Assembly (NCBI RefSeq): GCF_964213995.1 | Contig: NW_027590205.1 | Span: 620,001-684,000 of the forward strand | Direction: 5' to 3' | Length of the DNA: 64,000 nt | DNA from: Mustelus asterias | Taxonomy: Eukaryota | Part shown: piece after piece, positions 24,701 through 38,315 of the stretch | Layout of the letters: each line of letters begins with the position of its first letter | Position numbering within the stretch: the first letter of the stretch is position 1 | Translations under genes and position numbers: made by a program | The notes under the pieces: model-generated | The model's database searches: none | Told to the model about the DNA's origin: nothing | What the model saw: the letters and a program-made list of their open reading frames with translations, nothing else

Positions 24701-25549
24701 GATCCAGTGATTTCAGAAATAACTACATTGATTGTATTTTACTTTTAATCACAACCAGCACTAAATCGCATTCTTTGGGGTCTGTTTCTACTGCTGATGA
24801 TAAACTCCAGGCCAGTTGTATGTTTTTAATCTTCTGGTTAAAAGTTAAATAAATCAGCTTTATGTTAAGCTGAGTGTCAATCTTTTTGATATCTCCAATA
24901 TGTTAGGAGTTTTTGAGAATCTCTGCCCATTCCCTCTTTCCTCCATCCTCACTTCCAATAACAAGTGTAAGCAGCTCATAGAGCTTCTTTAGGATTGAGA
25001 ACATCCAATGAATTACCTCTACTACTTCCAACAGCCCACCAGAAAAATACTGCTTCTAAAGTTCCTCATTGTCTGAGCTCTGAACCTGCATCTTCCTCTG
25101 GGTTCTGTCACCATTTAATTGGGACCATCAGTGGTGGTGTTTTTAACCCAGCATTCCCAATGGTTGAGAGTATCCCCTTTCCACAGCACAGGAGAGCAGT
25201 GGGCAGGCCTGGTTCTATTCTGTGTTTGGAGCATCCGCAGTGTCAGCCATGACTATGAACAGACATTTCTCTCTCGGATCCACGATGGGTAAAAGGTGGG
25301 ATGGCGGGAGGAATGGATTTGGTGGGTGGATAGAGATTCTCTGGAAACCTGTTGTGTAAACTGCAAATCCCAAATGAGAAGTTACTGAATGGACACAAGG
25401 GGAATTATCCCGGTGACAAACCTGGAGCAGGAGGAGAGAATGTTGTGAATTTCTATCCTGGATGGATTTCGGAAACTCCTTTTACAGGGGGTTAGAAGAG
25501 GAGGATTTACACACGGCAATCTCAAACTAAAGAAAGGTTCATCTCTACA

Positions 25550-25800
25550 GGGTGGTACAGTGGTTAGCACTGCTGCCTCACTGTCTGTGTGGAGTTTGCA
25601 CATTCCACCTGTGACTTCAGGGGTTTTCTCCAGGTGCTCTGCTTTCGTCCCACAGTCAAAAGATGTGCAGGTTAGAGGATTAGTGGGGTAAACGTGTGGA
25701 GTTGCTGGCGGTGGGCCTGGGTAAGATGCCCTATTGCAGAGTCAGCACAGACTCGATGGGCTGAATGGCCTCCTTCTACACTGTAGGGATTCTATGATTC
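25550..25800 (+). mobile_element. HE1-type SINE (internally deleted)
   Basis: Head, partial body and tail. It truncates another zinc-finger acceptor remnant at 25420-25530. Confidence 0.8.
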
Positions 25801-27048
25801 TTCGGATACAGGTCTTCAAATGGGATGGACAGGTAGATATGGACAGAATGTTTCCACTGAGACATGAATAGACAGTAAATAGTAGTAAATCCAAACACTT
25901 AAACCCAGACACCAAATCCAGAGACCACTTACACCCAGACACCAAATCCAAGTAATCCAGAAACCCAAAGTCATGTTCTGGGGACCTAGGTTCAATTCCC
26001 ACCATGGCAGACGGTGGAATTTGAATTCAATAACAAAAAAATCCGGAAATAAACTTTTAATGAAACCATTGCCGATTGTTATAAAAAACTCATGTCCTTT
26101 CGGGAAGGAAATCTGCCACCCTTTCCCGGTATGTTCCACATGTGACTCCAGATCTATAGCAATGTGGGTCTTTAAATGGTCCAGCAAGCCATTCAGTTCA
26201 AGGGCAATTAGGGTTGAGCAATGAGTATGGACAGAGTAAATAGTCAGAAACTGTTCCCACTCAAGAGAGCACCAAGAACTAGGGCACAGATTCAAAGTAT
26301 TTAGCCAAGGAGTAAGAGTGATGTGAGTAAAAATGTTTCACTCAGAGGTTGGTTGGAGTCTGGAACAAATTCACTGAGGAGGTCGTGGAGGCAGGTTCTA
26401 TTGAGGTATTGAAAAGAAAATTAGATTGCTATCTGAAAAGAAAGAATGTGCAATGTTACGGGAATAAGGCAGGGAAGTAGGACTGGGTATAATGCCCTTT
26501 CAGAGACCCAGGACAGACTCAATGGGCTGAATGGTGTCTTTCTGCACTGTGAGGATTCTGTGTTTCTGTCAGCACAGACCCCACATCATCAGCATTGGAA
26601 CTGAAACTCCCATCATTACATCAACACCAGAACCACGATGGAATTTCAGAAAACTGGGAAATCTTCCGAAAGGCAATGACACCAACATCAGGTGGGTTTC
26701 ACCAAGCACCCAATGTCTTCAATAGATTGATAGGATTGATGAAAGTTCAGAGTTTAATCCGGGAGAAGATGAATCAGAGAACAGAAATAATCTTGAGCAA
26801 GAAAAGGCCCAAATAATGGCACTGTCAAAAACAGGAGATCAATCATTCTCCTCTTATTATTGGAGAAATCCAAAACACTGTGTTTGAATCAAAGCTGATT
26901 TAATCAACATTTACAAACAACATCACTGCACACACCAGCTTTCATGCTTATTAATATCAGCAGCAACAAACTCCAACTGTCAGAATGAACATGGTTCAGT
27001 CCTGGATGTCATTAACAGCAGATTCGAAATCCAATCCCTTCAGTTACT

Positions 27049-30000
27049 CATGATGCGATTAGGCAAGAATTAGGGGGCATAAGATGGGAACAGAAACTGT
27101 CAGGGAAAGGCACTGATGAAAAGTGGAACTTTTTCAAGGAACAAATACTGGGTGTCCTTGATAGGTATGTCCCTGTCAGGCAGGGAGGAAATGGCCGAGT
27201 GAGGGAACCGTGGTTCACAAAAGAGGTGGAATGTCTTGTGAAAAGGAAGAGGGAAGCTTATGTAGGGATGAGGAAACAAGGTTCAGATGGCTCGATTGAG
27301 GGTTACAAGTTAGCAAGGAATGAGCTGAAAAAGGGGCTGAGGAGAGCAAGGAGGGGACATGAGAAGTCCTTGGCGGGTCGGATCAAGGAAAACCCCAAGG
27401 CTTTTTACTCTTATGTGAGGAATAAAAGAATGACCAGGGTGAGGTTAGGGCCGGTCAAGGACAGTGGTGGGAACTTGTGTATGGAATCAGTAGAGATAGG
27501 CGAGGTGATGAATGAATACTTTTCTTCAGTGTTCACCAAGGAGAGGGGCCATGTTTTTGAGGAAGAGAAGGTGTTACAGGCTAATAGGCTGGAGGAAATA
27601 GATGTTCGGAGGGAGGATGTCTTGGCAGTTTTGAATAAACTGAAGGTCGATAAGTCCCCTGGGCCTGATGAAATGTATCCTAGGATTCTTTGGGAGGCGA
27701 GGGATGAGATTGCAGAGCCTTTGGCTTTGATCTTTGGGTCCTCACTGTCCACGGGGATGGTGCCAGAGGACTGGAGAGTGGCAAATGTTGTTCCTCTGTT
27801 TAAGAAAGGGAATAGAAATGACCCTGGTAATTATAGACCGGTTAGTCTGACTTCGGTGGTTGGTAAATTACAAAGAACAAAGAACAAAGAACAGTACAGC
27901 ACAGGAAACAGGCCCTTCGGCCCTCCAAGCCTGTGCCGCTCCTTGGTCCAACTAGACCAATCGTTTGTATCCCTCCATTCCCAGGCTGCTCATGTGACTA
28001 TCCAGGTAAGTCTTAAACGATGTCAGCGTGCCTGCCTCCACCACCCTACTTGGCAGCACATTCCAGGCCCCCACCACCCTCTGTGTAAAAAACGTCCCTC
28101 TGATGTCTGAGTTATACTTCGCCCCTCTCAGCTTGAGCCCGTGACCCCTCGTGATCGTCACCTCCGACCTGGGAAAAAGCTTCCCACTGTTCACCCTATC
28201 TATACCCTTCATAATCTTGTATACCTCTATTAGATCTCCCCTCATTCTCCGTCTTTCCAAGGAGAACAACCCCAGTCTACCCAATCTCTCCTCATAGCTA
28301 AGACCCTCCATACCAGGCAACATCCTGGTAAACCTTCTCTGCACTCTCTCCAATGCCTCCACGTCCTTCTGGTAGTGCGGCGACCAGAACTGGACGCAGT
28401 ACTCCAAATGCGGCCTAACCAGCGTTCTATACAGCTGCATCATCAGACTCCAGCTTTTATACTCTATACCCCGTCCTATAAAGGCAAGCATACCATATGC
28501 CTTCTTCACCACCTTCTCCACCTGTGTTGCCACCTTCAAGGATTTGTGGACTTGCACACCTAGGTCCCTCTGTGTTTCTATACTCCTGATGACTCTGCCA
28601 TTTATTGCATAACTCCTCCCTACATTATTTCTTCCAAAATGCATCACTTCGCATTTATCCGGATTAAATTCCATCTGCCACCTCTCCGCCCAATTTTCCA
28701 GCCTATCTATATCCTGCTGTATTGCCCGACAATGCTCTTCGCTATCCGCAATTCCAGCCATCTTTGTGTCATCCGCAAACTTGCTGATTACACCAGTTAC
28801 ACCTTCTTCCAAATCATTTATATATATCACAAATAGCAGAGGTCCCAGTACAGAGCCCTGCGGAACACCACTGGTCACAGACCTCCAGCCGGAAAAAGAC
28901 CCTTCGACCACTACCCTCTGTCTCCTATGGCCAAGCCAGTTCTCCACCCATCGAGCCACTTCTCCTTGTATCCCATGAGCCTTAACCTTCTTAACCAACC
29001 TGCCATGTGGGACTTTGTCAAATGCCTTACTGAAATCCATATAGACGACATCCACGGCCCTTCCTTCATCAACCGTTTTTGTCACTAATGGAATTGATGG
29101 AAAAGGTCCTTAGGGATGGGATTTACGACCATTTAGAAAGATGCGGATTAATCCGGGATATTCAGCACGGATTTGTGAAGGGCAAATCGTGCCTCACAAA
29201 TTTGATAGAATTTTTTGAGGAGGTAACTAGGTGTGTTGATGAAGGTAGGGCGGTTGATGTCATATACATGGATTTTAGTAAGGCGTTTGATAAGGTCCCC
29301 CATGGTCGGCTTATGATGAAAGTAAGGAGGTGTGGGATAGAGGGAAAGTTGGCCGATTGGATAGGTAACTGGCTATCTGATCGAAGACAGAGGGTGGTGG
29401 TGGATGGAAAATTTTCGGACTGGAGGCAGGTTGCTAGCGGAGTGCCGCAGGGATCGGTGCTTGGTCCTCTGCTCTTTGTGATTTTTATTAATGACTTAGA
29501 GGAGGGGGCTGAAGGGTGGATCAGTAAATTTGCTGATGACACCAAGATTGGTGGAGTAGTGGATGAGGTGGAGGGGTGTTGTAGGCTGCAAAGAGACATA
29601 GATAGGATGCAAAGCTGGGCTGAAAAATGGCAAATGGAGTTTAACCCTGATAAATGTGAGGTGATTCATTTTGGTAGGACAAATTTAAATGTGGATTACA
29701 GGGTCAAAGGTAGGGTTCTGAAGACTGTGGAGGAACAGAGAGATCTTGGGGTTCATATCCACAGATCTCTAAAGGTTGCCACTCAAGTGGATAGAGCTGT
29801 GAAGAAGGCATATAGTGTGTTAGCTTTTATTAACAGGGGGTTGGAGTTTAAGAGCCGTGGGGTTATGCTGCAACTGTACAGGACCTTGGTGAGACCGCAT
29901 TTGGAATATTGCATGCAGTTCTGGTCACCTCACTATAAGAAGGATGTGGAAGCGCTGGAAAGAGTGCAGAGGAGATTTACCAGGATGCTGCCTGGTTTGG

Positions 30001-30435
30001 AGTGTCGGTCTTATGAGGAAAGGTTGAGGGAGCTGGGGCTGTTCTCTCTGGAGCGGAGGAGATTGAGGGGAGACTTAATAGAGGTTTATAAAATGATGAA
30101 GGGGATAGATAGAGTGAACGTTCAAAGACTATTTCCTCGGGTGGATGGAGCTATTACAAGGGGGCATAACTATAGGGTTCATGGTGGGAGATATAGGAAG
30201 GATATCAGAGGTAGGTTCTTCACGCAGAGAGTGGTTGGGGTGTGGAATGGACTGCCTGCAGTGATAGTGGAGTCAGACACTTTAGGAACATTTAAGCGGT
30301 TATTGGATAGGCACATGGAGCACACCAGGATGGTAGGGAGTGGGATAGCTTGATCTTGGTTTCAGATGAAGGTCGGCACAACATCGTGGGCCGAAGGGCC
30401 TGTTCTGTGCTGTACTGTTCTATGTTCTATGTTCT
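27049..30435 (+). mobile_element. Young 5'-truncated CR1/HER1 LINE (host of a nested LINE)
   Basis: ORF2 is open on both sides of the nested insert (..SVVGKL | MEKVLRDG..); (GTTCTAT)n tail; TSD AGTTACT 27042-27048 / 30436-30442. Confidence 0.95.
27870..29091 (-). mobile_element. Nested CR1 LINE of a different subfamily
   Basis: 377-aa stop-free RT C-half, (GTTCTTT)n tail, flanking AATT at 27866-27869 / 29092-29095. Confidence 0.95.
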
Positions 30436-30437
30436 AG

Positions 30438-31307
30438 TTACTTGTGAACTCGCTGGTGCCTAAGCTGTGTGGATGAACGACTGAATCTCTTTCCACACAC
30501 TGAGCACGGAAATGGCCTCTCCCTGGTGTGAACTCGCTGGTGTGTCAGCAGGGTGGATGACTGAGTGAATCCCTTCCCACACACTGAGCAGATGAACGGC
30601 CTCTCCCCAGTGTGAACTCGCTGGTGATTAAGTAGGTTGGACATCCAAGTGAAGCCTTTCCCACAGAAAAAGCAGGTGAAGGGTCTCTCCCTGGTGTGAG
30701 TGAGTTGGTGCATCAGCAGATCCGTCTGGCTTTTAAAGCACTTCTCACAGTCAGGACATTTAAACAGTCTCTTATCAGTATGAACAAGTTGGTGTGTCAG
30801 TAGGTCGAATGAACGGGTAAATCCCTTCCCACACACGGAGCAGGGGAACAGTCTCTCCCCAGTGTGAGTGTGTTTGTGGTTCAACAGATCATTTTTCCGT
30901 TTATAGTTTTTCTCACAGTCAGAACATTGGAAAGGTCTCTCCTCACTGTGGATACGAAGGTGTGACAGGAGGTGGGATGAGTTTGTGAAGTCTTTCCCAC
31001 AGACGGAGCAGGTGAATGGTCTCTCCCCAGTGTGAACACGCCGGTGTCTTAGAAGGTGGGATGATTTAGTGAATCCTTTCTGACACACAGAGCAAGTGAA
31101 TGGCCTCTCCCCAGTGTGACTGCGGTGATGAATATGTAATTCAGATGGGTAATCAAATCCCTTCCCACAGTCTCCACATTTCCACGGTTTCTCCCCAGTG
31201 GGACAGCACTTGTGTTTTGACAGGTTTGATGAGCGACTGAAACCTCGTCCACACACAGAACATGTAAACACCTTCTCCCCATTGTGAACGGTGCTTTTTG
31301 ATTCCAT
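30438..31307 (-). CDS. C2H2 zinc-finger protein ZF-E, 289 aa, 10 fingers (first one atypical)
   Basis: Open frame from aacATGg, acceptor ttttacag at 31415. The 3' UTR resumes at 27041. Confidence 0.9.
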   Translation of the reverse strand: MESKSTVHNGEKVFTCSVCGRGFSRSSNLSKHKCCPTGEKPWKCGDCGKGFDYPSELHIHHRSHTGERPFTCSVCQKGFTKSSHLLRHRRVHTGERPFTCSVCGKDFTNSSHLLSHLRIHSEERPFQCSDCEKNYKRKNDLLNHKHTHTGERLFPCSVCGKGFTRSFDLLTHQLVHTDKRLFKCPDCEKCFKSQTDLLMHQLTHTRERPFTCFFCGKGFTWMSNLLNHQRVHTGERPFICSVCGKGFTQSSTLLTHQRVHTRERPFPCSVCGKRFSRSSTQLRHQRVHK

Positions 31308-31836
31308 GTTCAGAAGTCGATGATGTTCAGGCCCTGATGAGTTGGGTGTCTGTCAGATCCTGATGTGATGTTTGATCTGAGTTTCCCACCTACAAATCAT
31401 CCTCTTCCAATATGCTGTAAAATTAATTCAAAAAGGAGAAAAAAACAGTGATAAACACAAAGGTAGGTTGTGAAATTGAGCTGAATGAATCCGGTAATTT
31501 GTGGAGCCGGCACAAGGAAAAAGTGACCACGAAAGCTGCTGGATTGTGATTAAAAACTCAAATGGTTTGCTAATGTCCTTCAATGCAGGAAACCTGCCAC
31601 CCAGTCCAGATCTACACAAGAATTCAACCTTAATGGGAGGAGAAAGATAGAGATGAAACAGGGAGGGAATGAACGGTAAGGACTTTATACATCTGCAACT
31701 GGACAAGAACTTTGACAGAACCTGCCAAACCACAACCTTCACCAACTCAAAGGATGCAGGATAACTATCACCTCCAAATGTCGCTTTCAATCTCAAAACA
31801 ACTTGTAATCGTGAGGTAACCTATAACCTCCTGCAT

Positions 31837-32028
31837 TTAAGGGGCAATTTAGCCTGGTCAATCCACCTAACCTGCACACCTTTGGGGTGTGGGAGGAAAC
31901 CGGAGCACCTAAAGGAAACTCATGCAGTCACAGAGAGAACGTGCAAACTCCACACAGTCACCCAAAGCTGGAATCGAACCCGGGTCCCTGGTGCTGTGAA
32001 ACAGCAGTGCTGACCACTGTGCTACCCT
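31837..32028 (-). mobile_element. HE1-type SINE, 5' part
   Basis: tRNA-like head and body. Confidence 0.8.
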
Positions 32029-32402
32029 GTGCCACTGTACTATGTTGCTCAGAAATAAGTTTTAGGATTTTGGCCGAGTGATTGTGAAGGCAGAGCAGTA
32101 TATACTACCAAGTCAGAATAGTGTGTGATTCTGAAGAGTAAATGCAGGTAGTGGGGTTTCCATGCACAAACTGCCCTAATCCATATTGGAGAAGAGGTTT
32201 GTAGTTTTGGAAGCTGCTGTCAAAGGAGGTTTAGCCAATTGCTGGTAATTCCAGTAATGTCCATGTTCCAGTTATTAATATGAAATTTTTCTAAATGTAA
32301 ATTTTACAAAAATACCCGACATAACTACTTTTTCCTTACTTGAAACACAGCTTTAAATGGTCCGTTTGTTTCTAGATTCAGTTCCATGAGCAACGCCTTC
32401 AA

Positions 32403-32725
32403 CTAAGAACATAAGAAATAGGAGCAGGAGTAGGCCATCTAGCCCCTCGAGCCTGCCCCGCCATTCAATAAGATCATGGCTGATCTGACGTGGATCAGTA
32501 CCACTTACCCGCCTGATCCCCATAACCCTTAATTCCCTTACCGATCAGGAATCCATCCATCCGCGCTTTAAACATATTCAGCGAGGTAGCCTCCACCACC
32601 TCAGTGGGCAGAGAATTCCAGAGATTCACCACCCTCTGGGAGAAGAAGTTCCTCCTCAACTCTGTCTTAAACCGACCCCCCTTTATTTTGAGGCTGTGTC
32701 CTCTAGTTTTAACTTCCTTACTAAA
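32403..32725 (-). mobile_element. CR1 LINE 3' end
   Basis: TRGHSLK..FFSQRVVNLWNSLP motif and TTCTTATG tail. Confidence 0.9.
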
Positions 32726-33209
32726 CAAAATCAAAACACTGCAGCTGCTGGAAATCTGAAATGAAAAGAGAAAACGTTGGAAATACTCATCAGGTTAGAC
32801 AGCATCTATAGAGACAGAAATAGAGTTAATGTTTGCAGTCACTGATGCTCCTCTAATAAAACACATACCAATAGCTGCTGTTTAATGGGGCCGTGGATCC
32901 CACAATCTCCTGTGCCCCAGAAACAGCTCTATCCATCACACACATTTCCCATTATGACACTTCTATGTCAAGAGGGCGAGCTGTTTAAAAGTCGTCAAGT
33001 TCCATTTTTGCGTGTTGATGTTCATTAAAGATACGGATTGACTTCCCCCTCATTATGTATCAATTTCAGATACTTTGGTCGAGAATTTCCATTCCCCTAC
33101 TTCCTGGTGGATAATGGATGTCTTGAGCACTTCGATTACAGTACAATTTGATTCCTAATTTTATTAACTGCACCCCTATCCCTAATTTTCACATCGCAGC
33201 AGAAAAAGC

Positions 33210-33715
33210 TACTGTTCACAAATGAGGAGTTTCGATGGCGTGCGTTTTACCCACCATTCCTCGCGGTGGGGAATGTCCCCTATCCACAGCACGGGAGAGT
33301 TGTGCATGCGCAGTGAAGCAGTGTTTGACGCATGCGTAGCGTGGACGATGGCAATGGAGAAGGACGTTCCTCTGTCTCATCAGCAACCGGTTAGGATGCG
33401 GATACATGGAGGGAGGATTGGAACCAGCAGATGGACGGAGAGGGTTTCTAAATATCTGGTGAAGGTCTCAAACCTCTAAAAGTAACCCGCAGGTTCCGTG
33501 TTTACAGCTTCAGGTCTTTTTCCCGAGACGAGGCGAGGTTAACAGCCGCCATCTTGATTCAGCAGGGAGCGGAGCGAATGCGCTGGTGTCTTGGTGACGC
33601 AACAGTGAGTGGGTGGGGCTTCAGCGTTTTCTGCTCCCGACTGGGTCCTAGTGACCGGATAGCACAGCAGACTGAGTAACAGGTTCTCAACAGCTTCACC
33701 CACTCCCAGGCGGCA
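33210..33715. promoter_or_regulatory. CpG-rich bidirectional promoter between ZF-E and ZF-F
   Basis: NRF1-like TGCATGCGCA 33303-33312 and ACGCATGCGT ~33328, YY1 GCCGCCATCTT 33545-33555. Confidence 0.7.
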
Positions 33716-35775
33716 GCTAATGTTTGCAGCCTCGAGGAATCCATGGGTCATGTATATACTCCAGAAGTTGTTTATTCCTGTTTGGCGCAAGAGTGGTAAG
33801 GGAATTGTGGCCAAGCCATGGCTTACAAGGGAAATTAGAGATAGAATCAGATTCAAGGAAGAAGCATTCAAATTGGCAAGAAAAAGCAATAGATCCGAGG
33901 ATTGGGAGCAGTTTAAAATTCAGCAAAGGAGGACCAAGGGATTGATTAAGAAGGGAAAAATGGAGTATGAAAGGAAGCAAGCAGGGAACATAAAAACTGA
34001 CTGTAAAAGTTTCTATAGATATGTAAAGAGAAAAAGTTTGACAAAAACGAATGTTAGAAACAGGAGAATTCATAACGGGGAATAAAGAAATGGCTGAGGA
34101 ATTAAATTTGTACTTTGCTTCAGTCTTCACAAAGGAAGACGTGAATAATGTACCAGAAGTGCTGAAAGAAACATGTTTTAGTCAGGGGCTGAAGGAAATC
34201 AGCATCAGTTGAGAAGTTTTTGGGGAAATTGATGGGATTGAAGGTGGATAAATCTCCAGGTCCAGATAAGCTTCATCCCAGAGTATCTCAGGAAGTGGTC
34301 CTGGAAATAGTAGATACATTGGTGGTTATTTTCCCAAATTCTTTGGAATCGGTAATAGTTCCGACAGATTGGAGGGTAGCTAATGTAAACCCACTATTCA
34401 AAAAGGGAGGGAGAGAGAAAACAGGGAACTATAGACCAGTGAGCCTAACATTGGTATTGGGGAAGTTGCTGGTGTCTATTATCAAGGATTTCACAACTCG
34501 GCATTTGGAAGGCAGTGGTATAATCAGACAAAGACAGCATGGATTTACAAAAGGGAAATCATGCTTGACGAATCTATTGGAATTTTGTAAGGATGTAAGT
34601 AGTAGAGTTGACCGAGGAAAACCAGTGGATGTGGTTTATTTAGACTTTCAGAAGGCTTTCGACAAGGTCTCACATAACAGACTGCTATGTAACGTTAAAG
34701 GACATGGGATTGCAGGTAATGTCTTGAGATGGATAGAAAGCTGGTTAGCAGATAAGAAGCGAAGAGTTGGCATAAATGAGTCTTTTTCTGAATGGCAGTC
34801 AGTGACTCGTGGGGTTTGTCAGGGATCTGTGCTTGGACCCCAACTCTTCACATTATATATTAATGATTTGGAAGAGGGAACGGAATGTATTATCTCCAAG
34901 TTTGCAGATAATACCAAGTTGGGTGGGAGGGTGAGCTGTGAGGAGGCTGCAGAGATGCTTTAGCGTGATTGGGACTGGCTGAGTGTGTGGGCATCAGCAT
35001 TGCAGATGCAGTATAATGTGGATAAATGTGAGATTATCCACTTTGGTAGCAATAATAGGAAGACAGATTATTACTTGAATAGGTGTAAATTGAGGGAGGT
35101 GTATACTCAACAAGATGTTTGATTCCTCGTGCATCAGTCGCTGAAAGTAAGCGTGCAGGTACAGTAGGCAGTAAAGAAGGCAAATGATATGTAGGCCTTC
35201 ATAGCAAGAGGATTTGAGTATAGGGATAGGGATGTTTTGCTGCAGTTGTATAGGGCGTTGGTGAGGCCACACCTGGAGTATTGTGTACAGTTTTGGTGTC
35301 CTTATCTGAGGAAGGATGTCCTTGTTATAGAGGGAGTGCAGCGAAGGTTTACCAGGCTGATTCCTGGGATGGCAAGTCAGTCATATGAGGAGAAACTAAA
35401 TCGGTTAAGATTATACTCACTGGAGTTTGGAAGAGAGAGAGGGGATCTCATAGAAACTTAAAAATTCTAACACGGTTGGACAGGGTAGATACAGGAAGAA
35501 TGTTCCCAATGGTGGGGGGAGTCCAGAACCCGGGGCATAGCTTGAGGATAAGGGGTAAACCTTTTAGAACTGAGGTGAGGAGAAATTTCTTCACCCAGAG
35601 GGTGATGAATGTGTGGAATTCACTGCCACAGAATATAGATCAAGGGATATGGGGGAACGGGAGTGGGGTGGGGGGGATTAGGATATTGAATTTGATGATC
35701 AACCATGACCATAATGAATGGTGGAGCAAGCTCGAAGGGCTGAATGACCTACCCCCACTTCTAGATTCTATGTTT
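33716..35775 (+). mobile_element. Older CR1 LINE ORF2 (2 kb, several stops)
   Basis: KSPGPD, QHGF..SCLTNL, DFQKAFDKV and KFADNTK motifs. Confidence 0.9.
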
Positions 35776-36287
35776 CAGTGTGAGAAGTTGCCTGAAGCGG
35801 TGGCAAAGAATTTGGTTACACTTCAGCCCCAGGCTCCTCATGTTTACATAGAAACATACTAGAAAATAGAAGTAGGGAGGAGGCTATTCGGCCCTTCGAG
35901 CCTGCTCCGCCGTTCATTATGGTCATGGCTGATCATCAAATTCAATATCGTAATCCCGCCTCCCCCCACCCCCACCCCCCGTATCCCTTGATCCCCAAGA
36001 AATGTATCTAATTCCTTATTGAAATCAGACTCTACTACTTTTGAGGAAGGGTCTTCCGAAGATTCAAGACTCTGAATGAAATAAAACCTTCTCAGCTCTG
36101 TCTTCAATGGGCAGCACTGTTTTTTAAACAGTGACCCCCAGATTCTCCCATAAGAGTAAACATCCTCTCCACATCCAAGACCTTTCAGAATCTTGAAGGT
36201 TTAAATTAAATTGCCTCTTACTTTTTTAAAGTTGAGCAGAAGCTAAACTTGAGCAGAGAATGTCTCTGGTGTTATTATGTGGTCATG

Positions 36288-36422
36288 ATGTGGAGATGCC
36301 AGCGTTGGACTGGGGTAAACACAGTAACAGTTTTAACAACACCAGGTTAAAGTCCAACAGGTTTATTTGGTAGCAAATACCATTAGCTTTCGGAGCGCTG
36401 CTCCTTCGTCCGATGGAGTGGA
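36288..36422 (-). mobile_element. Penelope-like family A pLTR fragment with mutated hammerhead core
   Basis: Family terminus plus ccau-CGGACGA-a-GGAGC-agc-GCUCC-GAAA-GCU-A-augg (36380-36416). Confidence 0.75.
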
Positions 36423-36819
36423 AATCAGATTTTCCAGTCATAGAGTCATTCCAGCACAGAAGGAGTCCATTGGATAACTCGAGTCCATGCTGACTCTCAC
36501 TGTAACTTCATAGTTTTTCAGTTTTTTTGTGATTTTCACAGTGAGTTCATGCAGTGTTAATGTAAGCATGCTTGTGACACGAACTAATAAATTATCAAAA
36601 GTAAACTATAAATCCTCTGTCACGCAATTCTGTCAGTCTGGAGTGGGTCCCATTCTGTAACCCTGCAGCACCCATCTAATCTCATTTAGAAATTATTGAT
36701 CATTTCTGCTTGACTACCCCCACGGCACAAGTTCAAGATCATAATTAATCACAACCCCCTGTATCTTAACCAACTGGAGCCATCCTATCCATTAAATATA
36801 TTTTTAGTTCAGTCATAGC

Positions 36820-37672
36820 AGAGATATTTGTATCATCGATAGTCACAGGTGAGGTGCCTGAAGACTGGAGGGTGGCAAATGTTGTGCCTTTGTTTGAAAA
36901 GGGCTGCAGGGAAAAGCCTGGGAACTGCAGGCCAGTGAGCCTCACATCTGTGGTGGGTAAGTTGTTGGAAGGTATTTTGAGAGACAGGATCTACAGGCAT
37001 TTAGAGATGCAATGACTGATTAGGGACAGTCAGCATGGCTTTGTGAGTGGTGAAGAAGGCATTCAGCGTGCTTGGTTTCATTGGTCAGAACATTGAATAC
37101 AGGAGTTGGGATGTCTTGTTGAAGTTGTACAAAACATTGGTAAGGCCACACCTGGAATGCTGTGTACAGTTCTGGTCACCCTATTATAGAAAGGATATTA
37201 TTAAACCAGAAAGAGTGCAGAAAATAATTATTAGGATGCTACTGGGACTTGACGGTTTGAGTTATAAGGAGAGGCTGGATAGACTGGAACTTTTTTGTCT
37301 GGAGTGTCGGAGGCTTAGGGGTGATCTTATAGAGGTCTATAAAATAATGAGGGGCATAGATCAGCTAGATAGTCAATATCTTTTCCCAAAGTAGGGAAGT
37401 CTAAAACTAGAGGGCATAGGTTTAAGGTGAGAGGGGCAATTTTTTCATACAGAGAATGGTGAGTGTCTTGAACAAGCTGCCAGAGGTAGTAGTAGAGGCG
37501 GGTACAATTTTGATTTTTAAAAAGCATTTAGACAGTTACATGGGTAAGATGGGTATAGAAGGATATGGGCCAAATGCGGGCAATTGGGACTAGCTTAGGG
37601 GTTATAAAAAAAGGCGGCATGGACAAATTGGGGCGAAGGGCCTGTTTCCATGCTGTAAACCTCTATGACTCT
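36820..37672 (+). mobile_element. CR1 LINE fragment with internal deletion
   Basis: PEDWRVANVVPLF and LYKTLVRPHLE motifs; TATGACTC tail. Confidence 0.85.
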
Positions 37673-38315
37673 CGAGACTGTCTGGCAGTCTGCATGGAGA
37701 TTTTCAGCTCTCTGTGTCCAGGACAGGAAGCAGTGAGCATGGATCTGTCAATCAGCCTCAATCAGCCCCTTCAGGAGAATTGAGAGGGTGAATATTAGAT
37801 ACAGCAGAGTGAGAATGGAGGGAGAGTGTGTGGAATGGAGATTCACAGCTTTTGGGGAACGAGAGAGGAAAGAATGTTCCATAGAAACGAGAATTGTCTG
37901 TTCTGAATTTCGATTCTGTATTGACAGTGATGGCTTTTGTAAATTCCTTTTACAGGCTATCAGAAGGTGAGGATTTACAGACAGAAATCTTAAACCAAAC
38001 GTCACATCAACATCTGACAGAGTCACTCAATTCAACGGGACCTGAATATCATCGGCCTTTGAATCTAGAAGGAGAAATGTTTTTCTGTTCTGTCTGCTTC
38101 AGGAGATTTTAAACATCAGTGTGACTGGAAAAGCACCGAGACACACACACCAGAGTGAGAGTGTTCCAGTGCATTGCGTGTGGAAAACGCTTCAGTTGCA
38201 CAGCCTGAAAGAACATCGCAGCATTCACAGCGGGGAGAGACTGTACCCGTGTTCTGTGTATGGATGAGGTTTCAACTGATTGTCCGACCTGGAGAGTCAC
38301 AAGGACACCTGCACC

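Noticed and set aside
27199-30353. Autonomous LINE or domesticated RT gene
   Set aside because: 5'-truncated (no ORF1 or endonuclease) and interrupted. ORF-track starts and ends are junction artefacts.
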